Source of the DNA: an uncultured Lishizhenia sp.
GTDB taxonomy: Bacteria > Bacteroidota > Bacteroidia > Flavobacteriales_D > Crocinitomicaceae
Reading direction: 5' to 3'
DNA length: 64,000 nucleotides
Assembly: GCA_964559685.1 (NCBI GenBank)
Contig: CAZLHR010000004.1
Location: forward strand, 15,389-79,388
How positions within the stretch are numbered: the first letter of the stretch is position 1; each line of letters opens with the position of its first letter. The notes below the pieces were generated by a model, which did no database searches, was not told where the DNA came from, and saw nothing but the letters and a program-made list of their open reading frames with translations. A program made the translations under genes and the position numbers. Shown in pieces: positions 58,301 to 64,000 of this stretch.

Positions 58301-59209
58301 ATGACAAACGCTCTTAAAAGCTGGATTCTTTTGATTATCCTTTCCATCATCTGGGGAAGCTCCTTTATATTGATGAAAAAAGGCATGTATGGAAATAACG
58401 GAGAGCCAATTTTTAGTGCTCCTCAAGTTGGATCACTTCGCATGCTTATTGCTTCAAGTGTTTTATTACCCTGGGCAATAAAGGGATGGCAATCGCTCCA
58501 ATCGAAGAAAGACATTCTTTATTTCTTCATTGTGGGAACTTGTGGAAGTTTCTTGCCTGCGTTTTTATTTACGTTTGCAGAAACAGGTATTACCTCCGGT
58601 CTCGCAGGTATGCTAAATAGTTTCACACCCATTTTCACCATTCTTCTCGGATTAGTAATTTTTCAGCAACGACTGAATTCTTATCAATATATTGGAGTAA
58701 GTATTGGTACTGTTGGAATTATTTTACTTGTTTTAACTGGCAAACAAAGTTCACTTTCAGGAGATACCACACATATTCTTGCTGTAATTGCAGCTACGCT
58801 ATTGTACGCCATAAGCCTGAGTACCATAAAATACAAATTACAACACTACAGCTCCATGCAAGTTACAAGCATTTCGTTGTCTTTGATTTGGATACCTGCG
58901 TTTGTAATAGTTTTAATGTTGAACACACCAACCATCATTCAAGAAAATGAGCTGGCTTTTGATGGGCTTTATGCCATAATTGTCCTTGCTTTGTTTGGGA
59001 CAGCTATCGCCACAATTCTCTTCAATGCCACTATTCGTTTATCATCTGCTTTGTTTGCAAGTAGTGTGACATACTTAATGCCTATCGTATCCGTTTTGAT
59101 TGGCTGGCGTTTTGGCGAAGTAATAACAGCAGCACAAATTAGCTCCATGTTTATCATTCTCTTTGGAATTCTTTTGGCCAATTTACCCGTTTTACTAAAA
59201 CTTAAGTAA
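58301..59209 (+). CDS. EamA/DMT-family transporter
   Basis: 302 aa with 10 TM helices in two EamA-like halves (IIWGSSFILMKKG...). Confidence 0.75.
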   Translation: MTNALKSWILLIILSIIWGSSFILMKKGMYGNNGEPIFSAPQVGSLRMLIASSVLLPWAIKGWQSLQSKKDILYFFIVGTCGSFLPAFLFTFAETGITSGLAGMLNSFTPIFTILLGLVIFQQRLNSYQYIGVSIGTVGIILLVLTGKQSSLSGDTTHILAVIAATLLYAISLSTIKYKLQHYSSMQVTSISLSLIWIPAFVIVLMLNTPTIIQENELAFDGLYAIIVLALFGTAIATILFNATIRLSSALFASSVTYLMPIVSVLIGWRFGEVITAAQISSMFIILFGILLANLPVLLKLK

Positions 59210-59258
59210 AGCGAATAAAATACAATCATAATTAACAGAAATAAATCGTTTAATTTAG

Positions 59259-59289
59259 TTTGCTGAATAAGGATAATATCGTATCTTTG
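59259..59289 (+). promoter_or_regulatory. Bacteroidota sigma-A promoter of rplU-rpmA (TTTG-N19-TATCTTTG)
   Basis: A -33 TTTG at 59259-59262 and a -7 TATCTTTG at 59282-59289, with exactly 19 nt between them. It lies 26 nt upstream of the rplU ATG. Confidence 0.55.
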
Positions 59290-59315
59290 CAATCCTAAAT
59301 TTAAAAATTAGCTAT

Positions 59316-59627
59316 ATGTACGCAATTGTAGAGATAGCAGGGCAGCAGTTCAAAGTGCAAAAAGACCAAAAGGTATTTGTACACAGATTGTCAGCTGAAA
59401 CTGGTTCTAAAGTAGAATTTGACCGAGTTTTATTAGTTGATAATGGTGGTAAAATTTCTGTTGGCGCCCCGGCTATAGAAGGTGCTAAAGTCACCGCAGA
59501 AGTCCTTGACCATGTGAAAGGAGACAAAGTAATCGTTTTCAAAAAGAAAAGAAGAAAGGGTTACCAAAAAAGCAACGGTCACCGTCAGCAGTTTACGGCG
59601 ATCAGTATTAAAGATATTAAAGCATAA
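59316..59627 (+). CDS. rplU: 50S ribosomal protein L21
   Basis: [18 protein letters not shown]...GHRQQFT. Confidence 0.95.
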   Translation: MYAIVEIAGQQFKVQKDQKVFVHRLSAETGSKVEFDRVLLVDNGGKISVGAPAIEGAKVTAEVLDHVKGDKVIVFKKKRRKGYQKSNGHRQQFTAISIKDIKA

Positions 59628-59656
59628 TCTCGCTTAGCGAATAAAAACATAAGAAG

Positions 59657-59929
59657 ATGGCACACAAAAAAGGAGTTGGTAGTTCGAAAAACGGTCGTGA
59701 ATCCCATAGCAAACGTTTGGGTGTGAAAATTTTTGGAGGACAAGCAGCTATTGCTGGAAACATTATTGTTCGTCAGAGAGGCACACAACATCATCCTGGC
59801 AATAATGTAGGCATTGGTAAAGATCATACATTATTTGCATTAACTGATGGTTTAGTAGAATTCCGTAAGAAAAAAGACAATCGTTCATTTGTTTCTGTCG
59901 TTCCGTTTGAAAAAGGAGCCGAAGCATAA
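59657..59929 (+). CDS. rpmA: 50S ribosomal protein L27
   Basis: [24 protein letters not shown]...IIVRQRGT. Confidence 0.95.
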   Translation: MAHKKGVGSSKNGRESHSKRLGVKIFGGQAAIAGNIIVRQRGTQHHPGNNVGIGKDHTLFALTDGLVEFRKKKDNRSFVSVVPFEKGAEA

Positions 59930-59949
59930 TTGAAACTATATTGGTTAGA

Positions 59950-59978
59950 AAGCTGTTCGAAAGAGCAGCTTTTTTTTT
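59950..59978 (+). terminator. rho-independent terminator of rplU-rpmA
   Basis: aagctgttc-gaaa-gagcagctt (9 bp including one G-U) followed by a T8 run, starting 21 nt after the rpmA stop. Confidence 0.75.
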
Positions 59979-60065
59979 GCCGTAACTTAAATTCCTAACG
60001 TTTATCTTAATCAATAGAATACAATAAGTTTCCAATCGCTAAATACAATAATAAAATATCTCTAT

Positions 60066-60073
60066 TAATTTTG
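60066..60073 (+). promoter_or_regulatory. -7 box TAATTTTG 4 nt upstream of the lnt ATG (60078)
   Basis: Exact TAnnTTTG match. Confidence 0.4.
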
Positions 60074-60077
60074 TCGC

Positions 60078-61685
60078 ATGACTTCACTTTCTAAAAAACA
60101 GCGCTACGCTTTTTCTACGTTAACAGGCCTGTTACTTACGATTTCGTTTCCATTTAGTGGAAGTTTAATGCCGCTCATCTTCATTGCTTGGATACCTTTA
60201 CTTCTCGTTGAAAATAAATTATCGGAAAATTCAAAAAGTGGACCACATGTATTCGTACATGCCTATTGGAGTTTTTTTATTTACAATTTGGGAAGTACTT
60301 GGTGGATTTGGAATTCTACTTCTGTTGGAGGAGTTTTAGCATTTGTTTTCAACTCTTTACTCATGGCATTGGCCTTTCTTCTTTTTCATTTTTTGCGTAA
60401 ACGAAGTGCTTCAGCCTATGATTTTTTGTTTTTTCCTATTGTTTGGGTTGCCTTTGAATATTGTCATTTCAATTGGGAATTGTCTTGGCCATGGCTTACC
60501 ATGGGAAATGTTTTTTCAGAATTACCCAATTGGATTCAATGGTACGAATTCACTGGGGTATTAGGAGGAAGTCTCTGGATACTCTTAATTAATGCTTTGT
60601 TATTGAAATTATACCTTAAGTGGAAAACGACAAATGAACCCAAATCTTTGTTTCCTCTCGGGATCAGTTCAGTTTCACTTCTAATTACACCACTTGTTAT
60701 TTCCTATTTGCTTTTAAGTTCTTTTAAGGAGGATTCCTCTAGAAAAATACATGTTTTAGCTGTTCAGCCTAATATTGATCCGTATAACGAAAAATTCTCC
60801 CCCTCATATACACCTGAAGATCAGTTGGCAAAATTTTACAGTATGATTGCTCCTTACCAGTCGAAAAAGATAGATTTGGTTATGGGGCCTGAAACCATGT
60901 TGAGCGCCGACATTTGGGAGGAGTACATCGATGAATTTGGTGTTATAAAAATGATGACGGAAGAAAAGAAAAATTGGCCTCAAACAGAATTTTTGGTAGG
61001 AGCTTCCACGTCCAATTTATTCAAAGAAAAAGTATCTTCTGCGGCAAAACCCTTACCTGAAGGGAATGGTTATGTGGAAAACTACAACACCTCTTTATTT
61101 ATGAATAATTTAATGGAAAAAACCCTCATTCACAAGTCTAAACTTGTTTTAGGAGTTGAGAAAATTCCATTCGCAAGTTGGTTGCCTTTCCTAGAAAATT
61201 TCGCTTTACAAAATGGAGGCACTTCTGGATCCCTAGGTATAGAAAGTGAACCAAAAGTTATTCGAAGTAGTAAAGGCATTTTTGCGCCCGTCATTTGTTA
61301 CGAATCTATTTACGGTGAGTTTGTTGCTGAACAGTGCAACAAGGGCGCTGAGGCGATTTGCATCATCACCAATGATGGGTGGTGGGGTGATTCTCCTGGA
61401 TACAAACAACATTTTAGTTTGGCAAGACTTCGAGCCATCGAAAACCGCAGATGGGTTATTCGCTCTGCAAATACAGGTAAAAGTGGATTTATTAGTCCAA
61501 CCGGTGAAATAGCACAAGAGACAGGTTATTGGGTTCCTGCTACCATCGATCAAGAGATTTCGATCTCAGCTGAAAAAACTTTTTATACGCAACATGGTGA
61601 TTACCTCGGAAAAAATGCTCTTGTAGCTACGCTAGTAGCCTTAACTTTAACATTGTATCGACAATTCAGAAGAAAAAAAGCATAA
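60078..61685 (+). CDS. lnt: apolipoprotein N-acyltransferase
   Basis: 535 aa with an N-terminal polytopic membrane part and a C-terminal nitrilase/CN-hydrolase domain (CYESIY, RAIENRRWVIRSANTG). Confidence 0.85.
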   Translation: MTSLSKKQRYAFSTLTGLLLTISFPFSGSLMPLIFIAWIPLLLVENKLSENSKSGPHVFVHAYWSFFIYNLGSTWWIWNSTSVGGVLAFVFNSLLMALAFLLFHFLRKRSASAYDFLFFPIVWVAFEYCHFNWELSWPWLTMGNVFSELPNWIQWYEFTGVLGGSLWILLINALLLKLYLKWKTTNEPKSLFPLGISSVSLLITPLVISYLLLSSFKEDSSRKIHVLAVQPNIDPYNEKFSPSYTPEDQLAKFYSMIAPYQSKKIDLVMGPETMLSADIWEEYIDEFGVIKMMTEEKKNWPQTEFLVGASTSNLFKEKVSSAAKPLPEGNGYVENYNTSLFMNNLMEKTLIHKSKLVLGVEKIPFASWLPFLENFALQNGGTSGSLGIESEPKVIRSSKGIFAPVICYESIYGEFVAEQCNKGAEAICIITNDGWWGDSPGYKQHFSLARLRAIENRRWVIRSANTGKSGFISPTGEIAQETGYWVPATIDQEISISAEKTFYTQHGDYLGKNALVATLVALTLTLYRQFRRKKA

Positions 61686-61720
61686 AAAAAGGAAGCTGAA
61701 TTTCTTCAAACTTCCTTTTT
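61686..61720. terminator. possible bidirectional hairpin between lnt and susD
   Basis: aaaaaggaag / cttccttttt (10 bp), but with a long 15-nt loop, between convergent 3' ends. Confidence 0.4.
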
Positions 61721-61747
61721 CACCAATCAACAGGTATATTCTATTCT

Positions 61748-63334
61748 TTAATAACCTGGGTTTTGAATGAGATTAGGATTTAAACCTAAATCAGCATTTG
61801 GAATCGGATATAAATCTTTAAATGCTTCGGTTGCAATACCATCTACTTCTCCTCCTTTAAAAGACCATAAATAGTCTCCACCGGTAAATTTGCCGAATCG
61901 AATTAAATCAGTTCTTCTTGTTGCTTCCCAACTAAGTTCACGTGCACGTTCGTCAAGAATATCATCTAACGAGAGGGATGCTACATTGAAAGCACTTGTA
62001 TTGTATGCACGTGTGCGAATGAGATTAACATATTGAAGGGCCGTAGCTTGGTCACCTAATCTATAGGCCGACTCCGCTAACATGAGGTACACATCGGCTA
62101 ATCTAAACATTGGAAAATCAATGTCAACATGTGCAGAATTCGCATTATTCGATCCGTTCAAACCAGCTTTTGTTTTATTTTTAAATTTAGGAAATGCGTA
62201 TCCGTAATTGAATTGGGCTAATTGAGTTGGTGCTGTAAAATTTAATTGTTGACCGGTTCTGTAGAACAGGTAACGAGAATCTAAGGTAGAATCTGGGAAT
62301 TTATTTACAAATTGTGGCGTAACTCGTAAACCTCCCCATTTTCCATTCACACCGTAATTTGCGGCATTCATTGCGCCACCAAGAGCTCCACAAACCAAGT
62401 ATGTTGTACCACCCCAAGTTTGAGCGTACAAACCATCATAAACAACTGGGAAAATAATTTCAGGTGACGTATGATTATCTGCTAAGAACATGTCTTGGTA
62501 TACGTCATCTAATTGAAAATCTCCCGCATTGATTATTTTTTCGCAATACGTTTTACAATCTGCGTAACGTGCTGTATTCGTATACACTTCAGCGTTCAAA
62601 TACATTTTAGCTAAAAGCGCATGTACTGCCGATTTCGTAGCTCTCCCATATGGAGCAGCTCCTGGATCTAATAATAAATCTTCAATGCCTTTTAACTCTT
62701 CTTCGACGTATGCAAACAAGGAAGCTCTGTCAATACGTTCCGGTTGGAAGGCTCCAACGCGATCATTTTCATCAACAAATGGAATATTGCCAAATAAATC
62801 CATGGCATGATAATAACTCAAGGCTCGCAAGAATCTTGCTTCGTTTCTATAGGTTCTAATTTTTTCTACATCAGCTTGAGAGAATCCTCGCTCTGCTAAC
62901 TTTTCATCTCGTGATTGCCATATAAACTCATTACACAAGGTAATTTGGTAATAAATTCGATAATACATTCCTTTGATCCAACCATCATCAGCTGACCAAT
63001 CGCTTTTGTTAAGTGCAGGAATTCCAGGGTCTGACCAACCACAAAGTGCCTCATCGGTAGGGAGTTCTTGAAGATTCCATAATACACGCACGTATGCCGA
63101 AAATCCTTCGTCAATTCCTGCAATATCACCAGCACCCGCAGGACCTTGGATTCCCGTCATAGATAATCCAGAGTATAGCTTTGCTAGCACATTAATGTAA
63201 TTGTTTGGATCGCTATATACTTTTTCAGCATTCAATCCATACATGGGTGATTGATTGAGTTGTTTCTTGCACGATGTGATGGATGCAAATGCTACTGCTA
63301 CAATCAAAAGGGATGGGAAAATTGTTTTTTTCAT
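61748..63334 (-). CDS. susD: SusD/RagB-family nutrient-binding outer-membrane lipoprotein
   Basis: Lipoprotein signal (AFASITSC) and TPR-like SusD features (RFLRALSYY, LAESAYRLGD, ERARELSWE, R.DL.RF). Confidence 0.85.
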   Translation of the reverse strand: MKKTIFPSLLIVAVAFASITSCKKQLNQSPMYGLNAEKVYSDPNNYINVLAKLYSGLSMTGIQGPAGAGDIAGIDEGFSAYVRVLWNLQELPTDEALCGWSDPGIPALNKSDWSADDGWIKGMYYRIYYQITLCNEFIWQSRDEKLAERGFSQADVEKIRTYRNEARFLRALSYYHAMDLFGNIPFVDENDRVGAFQPERIDRASLFAYVEEELKGIEDLLLDPGAAPYGRATKSAVHALLAKMYLNAEVYTNTARYADCKTYCEKIINAGDFQLDDVYQDMFLADNHTSPEIIFPVVYDGLYAQTWGGTTYLVCGALGGAMNAANYGVNGKWGGLRVTPQFVNKFPDSTLDSRYLFYRTGQQLNFTAPTQLAQFNYGYAFPKFKNKTKAGLNGSNNANSAHVDIDFPMFRLADVYLMLAESAYRLGDQATALQYVNLIRTRAYNTSAFNVASLSLDDILDERARELSWEATRRTDLIRFGKFTGGDYLWSFKGGEVDGIATEAFKDLYPIPNADLGLNPNLIQNPGY

Positions 63335-63345
63335 GGCACAAACAA

Positions 63346-64000
63346 TTAAAAATCAAATGATAAATTCAATGAATAAACACGTGGTCGCGGATAAATGTTG
63401 TTATCAATCCCTCCACCTATTTCTGGATCTAGTCCAGAATAATTTGTCAATACGAAAACGTTATTAATAACTAAAGTGGCGTTCAAACCAACTTTTTCTC
63501 CGAAATACTTCAATTTACCAAAATTATAACCAACGCTAAAGAAATCCATTCGGAGAAAGTCAGCTTTTTCCATGTAATGATCACTCAATAATTGATTCGT
63601 TGCAATTTTTTGAATTTCATCTTCGTAATACAACGAACTAATATTGTTTAAATACCCTTGTGTTCCGTTAACTGATTGAAACGTTCCGGCATTTGAATGA
63701 ATGTTATTGTAGATATGTCCACCTAATTCACTTCGCATCGAAGCACCAAATGACCAATTTTTATACTGATAATTCAAAGAAAGACCTAAGAACCAATCAG
63801 GAACTGACTGATCATAAATATAGCGGTCTTTAATATTGATAACACCATCACCATTTCTGTCCACATAAGCGTGAATATCTTTCCACTTGTCTGCCGCCGT
63901 AATTTGACCATCGTTATTTATATCGATGTCAGCTTGCTGTCCAACTTGAATGACCGTTCCGTTTTCATCATAAATTTGCTCATATAATAAAAAGGAGAAT
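63346..64000 (-). CDS. susC: SusC/RagA-family TonB-dependent receptor (C-terminal part; 5' end lies outside the window)
   Basis: The frame stays open from 63864 to the window edge (...NNDGQITAADKWKDIHAYVDRNGDGVINIKD...), so the track's GTG 'start' is internal. It ends in the beta-barrel terminal LSFDF and lies 11 nt upstream of susD. Confidence 0.8.
   Translation of the reverse strand, partial: FSFLLYEQIYDENGTVIQVGQQADIDINNDGQITAADKWKDIHAYVDRNGDGVINIKDRYIYDQSVPDWFLGLSLNYQYKNWSFGASMRSELGGHIYNNIHSNAGTFQSVNGTQGYLNNISSLYYEDEIQKIATNQLLSDHYMEKADFLRMDFFSVGYNFGKLKYFGEKVGLNATLVINNVFVLTNYSGLDPEIGGGIDNNIYPRPRVYSLNLSFDF

Noticed and set aside
63346-63864. Track ORF suggesting a complete 172-aa protein upstream of susD
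   Set aside because: Its 'M' is an internal GTG. The same frame stays open to position 64000, and the C-terminus is a TonB-dependent receptor barrel end, so it is the 3' part of a truncated susC.

Overview
This is a densely coding, AT-rich stretch of core chromosome from a member of the Bacteroidota, probably a Flavobacteriales-like organism. The lineage call rests on a SusC/SusD pair, a Bat/MoxR aerotolerance operon, DUF1573 proteins, the FtsZ tail ...FLHDNVD, recurrent TAnnTTTG '-7' promoter boxes and no visible Shine-Dalgarno use. I support about 65 CDS and one tRNA-His.

Gene content, in order:
- Bat operon (moxR-DUF58-ORF-batA-batB-batC-batD, minus strand)
- tRNA-His
- hmgA-hppD (tyrosine catabolism)
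- an SDR-type threonine dehydrogenase
- an ECF sigma-crtI-crtB-idi-queD operon, followed by photolyase and bcp
- an ABC-2 exporter pair, yceI, nif3 plus a zinc-ribbon gene
- a 1451-aa DnaE with an N-terminal DEDDh exonuclease fusion
- feoAB, gpsA-lysC, rpe, an L,D-transpeptidase, a rhomboid protease and corA
- two tandem DUF1573 genes and mtnBDC (methionine salvage)
- a complete dcw cluster (mraZ to ftsZ, plus yqeY)
- eamA, rplU-rpmA and lnt
- the start of a SusD/SusC locus

I found no mobile element, CRISPR array, rRNA or recognisable defence island, so this looks like an ordinary housekeeping region.

The most unusual items:
1. An uncharacterised 142-aa ORF translationally wedged between murD and ftsW.
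2. The exonuclease-DnaE fusion.
3. 10-nt-phased GTGG repeats, candidate MraZ operators, in the dcw leader.
4. Five genes whose ATG lies only 3-5 nt downstream of a TAnnTTTG box, implying leaderless mRNAs.
5. An unannotated 47-aa Cys-rich membrane ORF coupled to corA.
6. An ECF sigma factor as the first gene of a carotenoid/pterin/photolyase photoprotection cluster.

All product calls come from reading motifs in the supplied translations; no database search was run.
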